Source: an uncultured Candidatus Saccharibacteria bacterium (GTDB taxonomy: Bacteria; Patescibacteriota; Minisyncoccia; Phycocordibacterales; UBA12088). From it: 64,000 nucleotides of DNA. Of the stretch, positions 17,996 through 27,600 are shown piece after piece. A program made the position numbers and the translations under genes. Every line of letters begins with the position of its first letter. Within the stretch, counting starts at the first letter, position 1. The notes beneath the pieces are model-generated. The model did not search any database, had not been told where the DNA came from, and saw only the letters and a list, made by a program, of their open reading frames with translations. The stretch covers positions 93,851-157,850 of the forward strand of contig CAZHFF010000002.1 in the NCBI GenBank assembly GCA_964531785.1, given 5' to 3'.

Positions 17996-20146
17996 ATGAG
18001 TCGTGATTATCCACTAGAGCGCGTTCGTAACTTCGGCATCATCGCCCACATCGACGCGGGCAAGACCACCACATCCGAGCGCGTCCTCTTTTACACGGGG
18101 ATGAGCCATAAGATCGGTGAGGTGCACGAAGGTGCCACGGTGACCGACTGGATGGAACAGGAGCGTGAACGCGGCATTACCATCACCTCGGCAGCGATCA
18201 CCTGTTTCTGGACGAAGACCGGCGGGGACACGCAGAACAAGGACACCAAGTACCGGTTCAATATCATCGATACGCCAGGTCACATCGACTTCACTGCCGA
18301 GGTGCAGCGCTCGATGCGCGTTCTTGACGGCGCGGTCGTCGTCTTTGACGGCGTCGCCGGGGTGGAGCCGCAGAGCGAGACCAACTGGCGCTATGCTGAT
18401 GATGCGGATGTTCCGCGCGTTTGCTTCATTAATAAGCTCGACCGCACGGGTGCTTCGTTCGAGCGGAGCTACGCCTCGATCCTCGATCGTCTCTCGAAGA
18501 AGGCGGTCCGCATGCAGATCCCTATCGGGGAAGAGGATGGTCATGTTGGTGTCGTCGATCTCCTGACCCGCCAGGCGGTGTACTTCGAAGGCAATATGGG
18601 TATGGAGGTCCGCAAAGACGACACTATTCCAGAGGCGTTGCGCGCGGACGTCGAGAAGTTTCGTGCGGAGCTCATCGAGCGCATCGTCGAGAACGATGAG
18701 GCCATGATGAACGCGTACCTCGAGGGAACCGAGCCCTCACTTGAAGACCTCAAGAAGCTCCTGCGCAAAGCGGTGATCGCCAACGAGATATTCCCCGTAT
18801 TTTGCGGCTCTGCGCTCAAGAACAAGGGCGTGCAGCTCGTGCTCGACGGCGTTGTGGACTACCTTCCTTCGCCGCTCGACCTGCCTCCGGTCACTGGCAC
18901 TGACCCGAAGACCGAAGCAACGATCGAACGCCACGCTACCGATGATGAACCGTTCGCCGCACTGGCGTTCAAGATACAGGCAGACCCGTTCGTTGGTTCG
19001 CTCACCTTCTTCCGCGTGTACTCGGGCAAGCTCGAGGCCGGTTCCTACATCTACAACTCCACGACCGGCAACAAAGAGCGTGTGGGCCGCATCGTGCGCC
19101 TCCAGGCAGACAAGCGCGAGGACCTCAAGGTGGTCTATGCCGGCGAGATCGCGGCTGCGGTCGGCCTCAAGGATACCAAAACGAGCCACACCCTCTGCGA
19201 TGAAGCGAACCCTATCGTCCTCGAGCAGATCGTCTTTCCCGAGCCCGTTGTGTCGGTCCGCATCGAACCCAAGACCAAGGCTGACCAAGAAAAGATGGGC
19301 ATCGCGCTTAAAAAACTCGCCGATGAGGACCCGACGTTCCGCGTGTCGAGCGATGAGGAGACCAACGAAACGATCATCAGCGGTATGGGTGAGCTCCACC
19401 TCGACATTCTCGTGGACCGCATGAAGCGTGAGTTCAAGGTGGAGGCGAACATCGGCAGGCCACAGGTCGCCTACCGTGAGACCATTCAGCGAAGCGCCGA
19501 AGCGGAGTGTAAGTACATCAAGCAGACCGGTGGTCGCGGCCAGTACGGACATGTGAAGATCGCGATCAAGCCGCTCGAGCCCGCTGCGGAGGGCGAAAAG
19601 GTGGCGAAGAACGTGACCCGTGACGACCACTTTGAGTTCATAAACAACATCAAGGGCGGCGTCATCCCCCAAGAGTTCATCCCGGCCGTGCAGAAGGGCA
19701 TACGCGAGGCTATGGATCGCGGTATCGTCGCAGGCTTCAAAATGGTCGATGTTTCCGTGGATCTCTTCGATGGAAGCTACCACGACGTTGACTCGAGCGA
19801 GATTGCATACAAGATCGCGGGAAGCCAGGCATTTCAGGAAGCCGCGAAGAAGGCTGGAGCGGTTCTGCTTGAGCCGATCATGAAGGTCGAGGTCGTCGTG
19901 CCAGAGAAGTTCATGGGTGACATTAACGGCCACCTCTCGAGCAAGCGCGGACAGATCGAAGGTATGGAGCCGCGTGGCGTGGACATGCAGACGGTCAAAG
20001 CGAAGGTCCCGCTATCCGAGATGTTCGGGTACACGACGACCCTGCGCTCGATGACCGAGGGTCGCGGTCAGATGACCATGGAGTTCGACCACTACGCCGT
20101 GGTCCCGCCAAATGTCGCAGAGGAGATCAAGTCTGCGCGCGGCTAG
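17996..20146 (+). CDS. fusA: elongation factor G
   Basis: [20 protein letters not shown] and DTPGHIDF motifs; full five-domain length. Confidence 0.97.
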   Translation: MSRDYPLERVRNFGIIAHIDAGKTTTSERVLFYTGMSHKIGEVHEGATVTDWMEQERERGITITSAAITCFWTKTGGDTQNKDTKYRFNIIDTPGHIDFTAEVQRSMRVLDGAVVVFDGVAGVEPQSETNWRYADDADVPRVCFINKLDRTGASFERSYASILDRLSKKAVRMQIPIGEEDGHVGVVDLLTRQAVYFEGNMGMEVRKDDTIPEALRADVEKFRAELIERIVENDEAMMNAYLEGTEPSLEDLKKLLRKAVIANEIFPVFCGSALKNKGVQLVLDGVVDYLPSPLDLPPVTGTDPKTEATIERHATDDEPFAALAFKIQADPFVGSLTFFRVYSGKLEAGSYIYNSTTGNKERVGRIVRLQADKREDLKVVYAGEIAAAVGLKDTKTSHTLCDEANPIVLEQIVFPEPVVSVRIEPKTKADQEKMGIALKKLADEDPTFRVSSDEETNETIISGMGELHLDILVDRMKREFKVEANIGRPQVAYRETIQRSAEAECKYIKQTGGRGQYGHVKIAIKPLEPAAEGEKVAKNVTRDDHFEFINNIKGGVIPQEFIPAVQKGIREAMDRGIVAGFKMVDVSVDLFDGSYHDVDSSEIAYKIAGSQAFQEAAKKAGAVLLEPIMKVEVVVPEKFMGDINGHLSSKRGQIEGMEPRGVDMQTVKAKVPLSEMFGYTTTLRSMTEGRGQMTMEFDHYAVVPPNVAEEIKSARG

Positions 20147-20149
20147 CGT

Positions 20150-20528
20150 ATACGGAAGCGACGCTGAGTATGAGCACGACACCCGGGGAGACCCGGGTTT
20201 CGCGTACAAGCCGTAGAAATGGAGCATACAATCGGAACAAGCTCCTTGCAGCATACCCTTCCAGAACACTGCACGAGCCGTGCAAGTAGGCGCCGCAACC
20301 CACCCTCGGGAGGAGGGTACGAAACCAGCTGATGTGTGGCGCATCTACAAGCAGTAGCTCTATAAGCAGAAACCGAAAACTGGCAGCGGTCAGCACCCTG
20401 GTTACCTCCACAGCCGGGGATAAACCCATGTTTCCTGCTGTGTGGCGTGTATACTTGCAGTAAGAGTCATGGGTTCTAGCCTCTCGAAGGCATCCTTGTT
20501 GGGCTACTGGGGTGCCTTCTTATTTATA
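20150..20528 (+). other. structured noncoding region downstream of fusA (possible ncRNA or 3'UTR element) ending in a terminator
   Basis: No credible ORF. Hairpins at 20182-97, 20221-45, 20270-84 and 20302-18. A long-range helix pairs 20423-30 with 20468-75. Terminator gaaggcatcc...ggggtgccttc + ttatttat lies at 20486-20528. Confidence 0.35.
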
Positions 20529-20650
20529 CAAAACAACAAAGCGCTAGTCTTATGAAGCACAACCTTTTATAAACCAATACATTTACCATGGCATTTACCG
20601 TGGCAATACGACTCCGCCATGTACCACAGCAATAATCATGCTCACTACGT

Positions 20651-20813
20651 ACACTATGAAGAGAACCTACCTGTACGGTGCCGTGGCTCTTGTGCTTTTG
20701 GTAGGCGCGGCGTATTTTTTATTCGTTCAACTACGGATATTCGATGTAGGGGATGAAAAGATGGTGCAAAATGATCCGACCGATGATCCGCTCGCAGAAG
20801 AAACGAAAAACGA
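20651..20813 (+). repeat. 163-nt direct repeat, copy 1 (5' module of paralog A)
   Basis: Matches 21287-21449 with 2 mismatches at an offset of 636 nt. Confidence 0.9.
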
Positions 20814-21237
20814 TGGTTCGGCTCAGTCTAATGGTGCCTCCGAAGGCTACACTGAATACCGCAATGAAAGCTTAGGTTTCGCGTTAAGCCTACCGCCCGG
20901 AGCGTCTGTCGATAAAGTACTGGACGACAACCACAATCGCCTTGTGACATTCGTCGCCGGCGAGAGGCGCTTTGAGGTGCGTGTCAAACAAGGCGGCTCG
21001 ATAGAACTCGACAGTTTCCACTATCTCGACTTCCCGCAGGCAGGCAAGAGCAGATTGGGGGGGAAGGACGCAGTTGTGTTCAAAGCGCCCAGCGGGTACT
21101 GTGACGGCCCAAAGTGCGGAGAGCCTTTTGTAGCTTACTCCACGAAGGTAAATGGCGACTTCTACAATCTGGTGTTTTTCGGAGACACAGAGGTGGATGC
21201 AACCGAAGATACTATCCTAAAGTCGTTTAAATTTTAG
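20656..21237 (+). CDS. signal-anchored hypothetical protein, paralog A
   Basis: MKRTYLYGAVALVLLVGAAYFLF anchor and an acidic linker. The C-terminal domain begins YTEYRNESLGFALSLPPG. AT-richer than the flanks. Confidence 0.7.
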   Translation: MKRTYLYGAVALVLLVGAAYFLFVQLRIFDVGDEKMVQNDPTDDPLAEETKNDGSAQSNGASEGYTEYRNESLGFALSLPPGASVDKVLDDNHNRLVTFVAGERRFEVRVKQGGSIELDSFHYLDFPQAGKSRLGGKDAVVFKAPSGYCDGPKCGEPFVAYSTKVNGDFYNLVFFGDTEVDATEDTILKSFKF

Positions 21238-21286
21238 CAACTCGACTATTATAAGCCGCTTAATTGTCAGTATTATGAGCAAACGA

Positions 21287-21449
21287 ACACTATGAAGAGA
21301 ACCTACCTATACGGTGCCGTGGCTCTTGTGCTTTTGGTAGGCGCGGCGTATTTTTTATTCGTTCAACTACGGATATTCGATGTAGGGGATGAAAAGATGG
21401 TGCAAAATGATCCGACCGATGATCCGCTCGCAGAAGAAACGAAAAATGA
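21287..21449 (+). repeat. 163-nt direct repeat, copy 2 (5' module of paralog B)
   Basis: Matches 20651-20813 with 2 mismatches. Confidence 0.9.
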
Positions 21450-21963
21450 AGATGTCGGCTCTGTGGCAGAAGAAGGATTGGAGGAAACGAATGCTTCTGG
21501 TATACGGACATATCGACATGAAGTATGGGGCATTGAGTTTCAGTATCCGGCACAATGGGGGGAGGTGAGAACCACCTTACCGAATCAACTTATGATAACT
21601 CCTCAAGGGGCCGATAAACATAAGATACTCATTTATATGAGCAAAGCTGAACCAACTGGGCTGAGGATTGACAAAATAGCGTACCTTCAGAAGGATCTCG
21701 ACTGTAGATTGGAACTTACGACGTATAGAAAATTAGGCGATGAGAGCTTCACCATTATACACATGCGAACAATGGAGGAAATGTTAGCGCAGGACGATTG
21801 TAATGTGCTATTCGAAAGCTTCCCGCCCGAGCGGAAAGACGAGAGGGCGAACGAGAGTCACAGGTATACACTAATCTTCCTTGAGGAATCCGAAATACCC
21901 GCACTCATGAACGACGATTATCAAAAGTTTAAGGGTATGGTTAATTCTTTCTCTGGTCTCTAA
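21292..21963 (+). CDS. signal-anchored hypothetical protein, paralog B
   Basis: The first 52 aa are identical to paralog A. The C-terminal domain is unrelated in sequence (IRTYRHEVWGIEFQYPAQW...). Confidence 0.7.
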   Translation: MKRTYLYGAVALVLLVGAAYFLFVQLRIFDVGDEKMVQNDPTDDPLAEETKNEDVGSVAEEGLEETNASGIRTYRHEVWGIEFQYPAQWGEVRTTLPNQLMITPQGADKHKILIYMSKAEPTGLRIDKIAYLQKDLDCRLELTTYRKLGDESFTIIHMRTMEEMLAQDDCNVLFESFPPERKDERANESHRYTLIFLEESEIPALMNDDYQKFKGMVNSFSGL

Positions 21964-21970
21964 TCAAGTC

Positions 21971-22306
21971 ATTAAACGAAATGGTCGTGGTACTTGGTTA
22001 AACATTAGTGCGGTTATCGTTGTGCTTGCATTTGCACATGCTGCGTCCGCTATCGAAAGCAAGCAGGTACAGCGTGCGGTAGCTGTACACGGAGCACCGC
22101 CGCTACCGACTAGTCTCGGAGATCTAGACGGGGTAGCGACAAGGGAACGTGCTCCGGGAGCGCTACACGTCGATTCCGTCGCACCTCCAGCACTGCTGCA
22201 TAACGGCAACTACCGAGCCTTGAAGCAGTCGATCGAGCGAGGTGCGCCTTTGCCAGAGGAGCACGAGCTGAGGCCAGCGTATGAGCTGCCTGTGCAGGCG
22301 CGCTAG
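21971..22306 (+). CDS. possible small secreted protein lacking a canonical start (or a decayed gene)
   Basis: The frame of ORF 22022..22306 is open upstream and reads IKRNGRGTWLNISAVIVVLAFAHA|AS, which looks like a signal peptide. No ATG/GTG/TTG sits before the h-region. Confidence 0.2.
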   Translation: MKRNGRGTWLNISAVIVVLAFAHAASAIESKQVQRAVAVHGAPPLPTSLGDLDGVATRERAPGALHVDSVAPPALLHNGNYRALKQSIERGAPLPEEHELRPAYELPVQAR

Positions 22307-22394
22307 ACCTGGTGCAACGCGACATCGAATTGTGTGACAACTACGTGTACCAGTTCACAGAAGACCAGACAAAGTTCGACACGCTCTACAGCAA

Positions 22395-22426
22395 CCCCGC
22401 CGAAGACGGCGGGGTTTGGGTTTTGG
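22395..22426 (+). terminator. canonical intrinsic terminator
   Basis: ccccgccg-aaga-cggcgggg followed by tttgggttttgg. Confidence 0.6.
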
Positions 22427-22602
22427 TCTGTTGCACTGGTGCAACGCTGCGCTCGCACTGCGTGCGCTGTTTCCACAGACGACGTACAAGTGCCGTGTAG
22501 ATAGTGAATGATAACCACGTTCATCATGCGCAACTGTGTGAGGTTACCGCCCACGGTATTGTCGATGTTTCGGTCACGATGGGTATGCCGTATACTGCTA
22601 CC

Positions 22603-22821
22603 ATGGAAGCGCAAATAGAAGCACTGCTCACCAAGGTCCGGCCGTACATCGAGATGCATGGCGGGGATGTCCGGCTGCTGCGTATCGAGGGGAGCACTGC
22701 AGTACTTAAGGTGTACGGCGCGTGTGTGGATTGTGGGCTCGCGAGCGTCACGTATAATAAGACCATCGCGCCGCTCCTGGTTCAGGAGATCGAAGAGCTT
22801 GAGTCTGTGGTGTTCGAGTAG
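22603..22821 (+). CDS. NifU C-terminal-domain (Nfu-type) Fe-S carrier
   Basis: VRPYIEMHGGDVRLL...GACVDCG motif. TATACT lies 6 nt upstream of ATG 22603. Confidence 0.85.
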   Translation: MEAQIEALLTKVRPYIEMHGGDVRLLRIEGSTAVLKVYGACVDCGLASVTYNKTIAPLLVQEIEELESVVFE

Positions 22822-22932
22822 ACTGGTCGCGAGATCAGGTACACCTCGCACAAGCACCAGAGTCGCAAGCGCACGTGAGTGCTGCACCTGTCGTATTTAT
22901 AAACCGTTACCACTAACCACAACACCTACCAT

Positions 22933-23193
22933 ATGGCAGATCTACGTGAGTACACACGCCAAGCAGAGGGGAGCAAAATAGCAAAGATCGTCGTTGATCG
23001 AGATCTCTGCATTGCTGCTGTTTCATGTATCGCGGTCGCGGCTGAAACATGGGAGCTCGATGGCGAAAATAAGATTGTTGTTAAAGATGCGAATAGTGTC
23101 GACGATGCAACACTCATTGCGTCCGCAGAAGCATGCCCTACAAAGGCGATCCTTCTCTACGATACCGAAGGCAACCAGATCTACCCACAGTAA
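22933..23193 (+). CDS. small single-cluster ferredoxin
   Basis: VVDRDLCIAAVSCIAVAAETWELD...ACPTKAIL pattern; 86 aa. Confidence 0.8.
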   Translation: MADLREYTRQAEGSKIAKIVVDRDLCIAAVSCIAVAAETWELDGENKIVVKDANSVDDATLIASAEACPTKAILLYDTEGNQIYPQ

Positions 23194-23210
23194 GATCGTG
23201 CACGTGTCGC

Positions 23211-23240
23211 ACAAAGCCCGCAAGGGCTTTGTTTTGTGCT
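23211..23240 (+). terminator. intrinsic terminator after ferredoxin
   Basis: acaaagccc-gcaa-gggctttgt followed by tttgtgct. Confidence 0.65.
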
Positions 23241-23290
23241 GGGGATAGCTCTAAGGGGACGACGATCCGCTCAGGTACAATGGTTGAGAT

Positions 23291-23848
23291 ATGAATAGAG
23301 CTGAATCGGTGCTGCTCTGGTCGAGCAACCTGCTCGCGCTTGGTTCGGGCATGCTCGGCCCTCTGTACGCAGTGTTCGCACAGCAGGTAGGCGGCGACGT
23401 GTTCGAGCTCACGTGGGTGTACGCGCTCTATTTAGCGATCATGGGTGTTGGTATGATTGTCTCAGGCAAGGTTGGCGATCGTGTCGGGCATGAGCGGTTG
23501 CTCCTCGTAGGGTATATGCTCATCACCCTTGCCACCTTTGGGTACTTGCTCGTCCAATCGATCACCGGCCTTCTCGTCGTGCAGGTCGTCATGGGTGTAG
23601 GTATGGCGCTCCAAGGGCCGACGTGGTCAGCGCTCTACGATCGGCACTCGGGTTCGGGCGACCGCGATGGCTACGTATGGGGCCTTTCGTATGGCCTCTG
23701 GTACATCTTTCAAGCAATATCGGTCCTCACTGGAGGCTACATTGTGACGCGTTACTCGTTCGATCTTCTGTTCCTGTTCATGGGTGCGCTGCTCGTGTTG
23801 TCCACCGGTATTCAGGCACAACTCCTTCGGTATCGGACAGCGCCCTAG
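23291..23848 (+). CDS. half-size (6-TM) MFS-like transporter
   Basis: Six predicted helices and MFS motif A (GKVGDRVGHERLL) between TM2 and TM3. Only 185 aa. Confidence 0.55.
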   Translation: MNRAESVLLWSSNLLALGSGMLGPLYAVFAQQVGGDVFELTWVYALYLAIMGVGMIVSGKVGDRVGHERLLLVGYMLITLATFGYLLVQSITGLLVVQVVMGVGMALQGPTWSALYDRHSGSGDRDGYVWGLSYGLWYIFQAISVLTGGYIVTRYSFDLLFLFMGALLVLSTGIQAQLLRYRTAP

Positions 23849-23865
23849 TACAATAGCAACTAACT

Positions 23866-25143
23866 ATGCAACCATACAGGTACGTCATCATCGGCGGCGG
23901 CATTGCGGGCACGACCGCAGCGGAAACGATCCGCAAGTGCGACACTGAGGGGAAGATCGCCATCATTTCCGATGAACCGCATCCGCTCTATTCGCGCGTA
24001 CTCCTCAGCAAGCCGAAGTGGGTGCTTGGCGAACAGCCCTTCGACAATGTGTGGATCAAGAAGCCGGAATGGTACGTTGAACAGAACATCCATCTGTTCC
24101 GGGGCCTTTCCGCTACCCGGCTTGATCCTGATAGGAAGCAGCTCACGCTTTCGGACGGCGACGTGCTCGTGTATGAAAAGCTTCTCATTGCGACCGGGGC
24201 GCACTCGCGCCCGTGGAACGTGCCCGGGGCACGCAAGCAGGGCGTCCTCTCGCTTCGTACCGTCGACGATGCCAGGAAGATAGCCGAAGCTGCCCAGGGA
24301 GAGCCCAAGCGCGTCATTACGATCGGGAGCTCGTGCGTCTCGTTCGAGATCATTGAGATCTTGCGCTCGCGCGGTTTCACGGTAACCGAGGTGATGCGCG
24401 AACGGTACTACTTCGAGCCATCGCTCTCACGGGAGGAAGGTGAGCTCATCGAGCGGGTGCTCCTCGGCAATGATGTCGAGATCATCCGCGAGAATGAGGT
24501 GGTTGAGGTCTTGGGGGATGAGGTCGTGACCGGGGTTCGGCTCCGGGACGGGAGAGAGCTTTCCGCCGATATCGTGCTCGCGTTCATTGGTGTGATCTAC
24601 CCACTCGAGTGGCTCCAGAGCTCAGGTCTTGCGATACATCGCGGTATCCTCGCGAACGGGTTCCTTGAAACGAACCTTCCCGGCGTGTATACGGCGGGTG
24701 ACACGGCCGAGTGCTGGGATGAGGCGCTGGGCGAAGTCCTCATTATGGGTAACTGGATGAGCGCGCGGCTACAGGGCGAGGTCGCAGGCAAGAACATGAC
24801 CGCAGCAAGCTGTACCGAGCGAACACAGTTCGAGCAGGTTTCTTTTCACACGAGCCACGGCTTCGGTTACCAGATCGGGTGGGTCGGCGATGTGCGCATC
24901 GCTGCCGATCGCACGTACCTCCACTACCCGACACCTGAAGAGCACTCCTTCTGCCGTATCATCGTGTGGCATGGTCGCGTAGTCGGCGGTACGACCGTCA
25001 ACCGGCCTGACCTCATGGGCATGATCACGAAACTCATACAGAGCAGAGAAGACGTTTCCGGACGGTTCGGCGAGCTCGGCACCGTGCTCGAACACGAGCA
25101 CGGTAGCGACGACACGACCGCACGGGGCGGCTCGTGCGGGTAG
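23866..25143 (+). CDS. FAD-dependent pyridine-nucleotide-disulfide-family oxidoreductase
   Basis: YVIIGGGIAGTTAAE (FAD GxGxxG), a second Rossmann motif ITIGSSCVSFE, and YTAGD. Confidence 0.85.
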   Translation: MQPYRYVIIGGGIAGTTAAETIRKCDTEGKIAIISDEPHPLYSRVLLSKPKWVLGEQPFDNVWIKKPEWYVEQNIHLFRGLSATRLDPDRKQLTLSDGDVLVYEKLLIATGAHSRPWNVPGARKQGVLSLRTVDDARKIAEAAQGEPKRVITIGSSCVSFEIIEILRSRGFTVTEVMRERYYFEPSLSREEGELIERVLLGNDVEIIRENEVVEVLGDEVVTGVRLRDGRELSADIVLAFIGVIYPLEWLQSSGLAIHRGILANGFLETNLPGVYTAGDTAECWDEALGEVLIMGNWMSARLQGEVAGKNMTAASCTERTQFEQVSFHTSHGFGYQIGWVGDVRIAADRTYLHYPTPEEHSFCRIIVWHGRVVGGTTVNRPDLMGMITKLIQSREDVSGRFGELGTVLEHEHGSDDTTARGGSCG

Positions 25144-25200
25144 CTTGTGTTATCGCTGACACATGCTCTAATGTCCTGAGTACCAGGAGGAGAAGGTCAC

Positions 25201-25605
25201 ATGACGATCGTGTACGCGCTGCACGTCAGTCCAAGCGGATCAGAGAGATCGGAAGCGGTCGAACAGCTTGCAGAGACCCATGTCGCCGGGTGGTGGGTCG
25301 TGGAACCACCGGATCGTCCCCGGACTCCTCGACCCCGAGTCTCCGGCGTGTTGTCTGCTGTCCCGACCACAATGAGCGTGGTGCGACGGGCGTGCAGGTC
25401 AGACCCGCTACCCATCCATGCGTTCACGATCGACGTGAACGAGAACCGGGTTGCTCTCGTGGACCTGATCACGCTCTGCTTTGATGATAATGATGAAGGG
25501 GATGCGTACGTCGTTCTCATCGCGAACGACCAGCTGGGCGATCCTGTTTCGGTCACCGTGACACGCTTCAAACCAGAGCTCATTAGCCATCCAACCTATG
25601 AGTGA
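25201..25605 (+). CDS. hypothetical protein
   Basis: AGGAGGAGAAGG Shine-Dalgarno 6 nt upstream of the ATG; 134 aa; no family recognised. Confidence 0.5.
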   Translation: MTIVYALHVSPSGSERSEAVEQLAETHVAGWWVVEPPDRPRTPRPRVSGVLSAVPTTMSVVRRACRSDPLPIHAFTIDVNENRVALVDLITLCFDDNDEGDAYVVLIANDQLGDPVSVTVTRFKPELISHPTYE

Positions 25606-25643
25606 GGGTGCGGCACGCCAACAGCGTGCCGTCTTGCGTTGTC

Positions 25644-25892
25644 CTATGCAGGCGAACGCTCGGAGAGCTCCACGCTCGCTACCTCCACGATGCGCTCCAT
25701 TTGACGTACGATGAGCGACGCACGTTCGGGGCTCGCATCGATCTCGATGGTAAAGCAGGAGATGTGACGCACCGGGTCGATCTCGTGCACCGACAAGCTC
25801 TCGATGTTCACCTGGCGGCGGAGGAAGAGGTCAGCGATACGGTAGAGCACGCCCGGCTTGTTCTCTGTATGTGCGGTGATGGTGTACTGCAT
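25644..25892 (-). CDS. ilvN: acetolactate synthase small (ACT-domain) subunit
   Basis: ENKPGVLYRIADLFLRRQVNIESL ACT motif. Lies immediately downstream of ilvB. Confidence 0.8.
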   Translation of the reverse strand: MQYTITAHTENKPGVLYRIADLFLRRQVNIESLSVHEIDPVRHISCFTIEIDASPERASLIVRQMERIVEVASVELSERSPA

Positions 25893-25898
25893 AGGCGG

Positions 25899-27581
25899 TT
25901 ACGCAAGACGGATATCAGCCATCGTACCCCCGCCTGGCACCATGGGGAACACGTTCTCTTCCGCGAGCACGCGTACCTCAAGGAGATAGGATGCAGGGCT
26001 TTTTAGGCAGGTCATCACAGCATGATCGAGCCCTTCACGTTCGCTCACACAGCTACCTGGTATACCATACGCCGCCGCAAGGGCTACAAAATCAGGGCTG
26101 GCGATCGCCACCGACGAGTAGCGTTTTTCAAAGAAGAGCTCCTGCCATTGGCGTACCATACCAAGAAAGCCGTTGTTGAGGATCACGATCTTGACCGGCA
26201 CCTTCTCCTGCATGATGGTGCCAAGCTCCTGGATGTTCATCTGCGCGGAACCGTCCCCCATGAACGCAAGCACGGTCGCAGCGGGTTTCCCCAGCTGTGC
26301 GCCTATCGCGGCGGGAAGGCCAAAGCCCATGGTACCGAGTCCTCCCGAGGTGATGAGGCGTCCACCTTCCGCTAACCGATAGTAGCGCGCTGCCATCATC
26401 TGGTGCTGTCCCACATCGGCGACAACGATCGCGCGGCCATTGGTCTTTTGCTCGAACGAGCGCACCACTTCCGCCATGGTGAGCGGCCCCTCCGTCCGAA
26501 CAAGCGCTGGCCGCTTGATCGCGCGTTCCTCCTCTTGGTCGAGCGCACGAAACGTCCTCTGCCATGTGTCACGACGTTTGTGTATCATGAGCGGCAGGAG
26601 CGCCTGGAGCACCTCCTTTACGTCGCCAACGAGGGAAACCGCCGGCACTATGATCTTGCCGTGCTCTGCAGGATCGATGTCGACGTGGATGACCTTTGCC
26701 TGATTCACGTATGAGCTCGCTTTTCCCGTGACTCGATCATCGAAGCGCATACCGAGCGCAAGAATAACGTCCGCCGCATCAGTCTGCTTGTTTGCCGCAA
26801 AATTCCCGTGCATGCCGAGCATCCCCCGGTTGTTGGGATGGTCGGCCGGGAGCGCGCCGAGCCCAAGCAAGGTGGAGGCACAGGGCAGGTCGGCCGTTTC
26901 AATGAGCGTGCGGAGCTCGTGCTCCGCGTGCGCAAGGAGCACCCCGTGTCCTACGAGGACGTACGGACGTTCGGCGTTGTTCAAAAGCTCTGCAGCTTGT
27001 TGTAGCGCCTCAGGAGCAAGTGAGGGAACACGTTTTTCTATCGGTGTACGTGCGACAGGAAGTTTGTCACACACCTCAATGAGCGCGTTCTTGGTTATGT
27101 CGACGAGCACGGGACCGGGGCGACCGCTCTGCGCGATGTGGAACGCACGCTCGAGCGTTCCGCGTATGTCGCGTGCGCTTGTGACCTGCGTGCACCACTT
27201 GGTGACCGGGGTCGCCATACCGATCACGGGGGACTCCTGGAATGCATCGGTACCGAGGAGCGCTTCGGCGACCTGGCCGGTGATGCAGACGATCGGCGTA
27301 CTGTCCATCATCGCGTTCGCTATTCCGGTGAGGAGGTTGGTTGCGCCGGGGCCGGAGGTCGCCATCGCGACCCCGACCTTGCCGGTTGCCTGTGCGTAGC
27401 CCTCGGCTGCGTGTGCTGCGGCCTGTTCGTGACGCACGAGGATGTGCCGGATTTGTGTGCGATAGTCGTACAGCGCATCGTACGCGGGCATGATCGACCC
27501 ACCCGGGTAGCCGAATATCGTATCGACTCCCTCGCTCATGAGGGTATCAATAAGTATCTCCGCTCCTGTTCTCTGTTCCAT
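25899..27581 (-). CDS. ilvB: acetolactate synthase large subunit (ThDP enzyme)
   Basis: GYPGGSIMPAYDAL, GPGATN and GLGTMGFGLPAAIGA...GDGSAQMN motifs. Confidence 0.93.
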   Translation of the reverse strand: MEQRTGAEILIDTLMSEGVDTIFGYPGGSIMPAYDALYDYRTQIRHILVRHEQAAAHAAEGYAQATGKVGVAMATSGPGATNLLTGIANAMMDSTPIVCITGQVAEALLGTDAFQESPVIGMATPVTKWCTQVTSARDIRGTLERAFHIAQSGRPGPVLVDITKNALIEVCDKLPVARTPIEKRVPSLAPEALQQAAELLNNAERPYVLVGHGVLLAHAEHELRTLIETADLPCASTLLGLGALPADHPNNRGMLGMHGNFAANKQTDAADVILALGMRFDDRVTGKASSYVNQAKVIHVDIDPAEHGKIIVPAVSLVGDVKEVLQALLPLMIHKRRDTWQRTFRALDQEEERAIKRPALVRTEGPLTMAEVVRSFEQKTNGRAIVVADVGQHQMMAARYYRLAEGGRLITSGGLGTMGFGLPAAIGAQLGKPAATVLAFMGDGSAQMNIQELGTIMQEKVPVKIVILNNGFLGMVRQWQELFFEKRYSSVAIASPDFVALAAAYGIPGSCVSEREGLDHAVMTCLKSPASYLLEVRVLAEENVFPMVPGGGTMADIRLA

Positions 27582-27600
27582 GGGTGTGTGGTGAACTGGT

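Noticed and set aside
18737-19933. 398-aa minus-strand ORF inside fusA; similar long antisense ORFs lie inside secY (57050-58033), r-protein genes and ftsH (63148-63981)
   Set aside because: All are antisense to unambiguous conserved genes. This is a high-GC codon-bias artefact.
20150-20528. RNase P RNA, tmRNA or SRP RNA identity for the post-fusA structured region
   Set aside because: I could not find GAGGAAAGUCC or ACAGAA..CGGCUUA (RNase P), a tRNA-like 3' end with a tag ORF ending in a hydrophobic tail (tmRNA), or the GGAA/AGCA helix-8 motifs (SRP) on either strand.
20651-21449. Diversity-generating retroelement (TR/VR) explanation for the 163-nt repeat
   Set aside because: No reverse transcriptase is in the window. 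The repeat covers gene 5' ends (signal anchor), not a C-terminal variable region. The 2 mismatches (g/a, c/t) are not the adenine-specific pattern.
22303-22887. 194-aa minus-strand ORF
   Set aside because: Overlaps, in antisense, the clearly homologous Nfu-type gene (22603-22821). No motif recognised.
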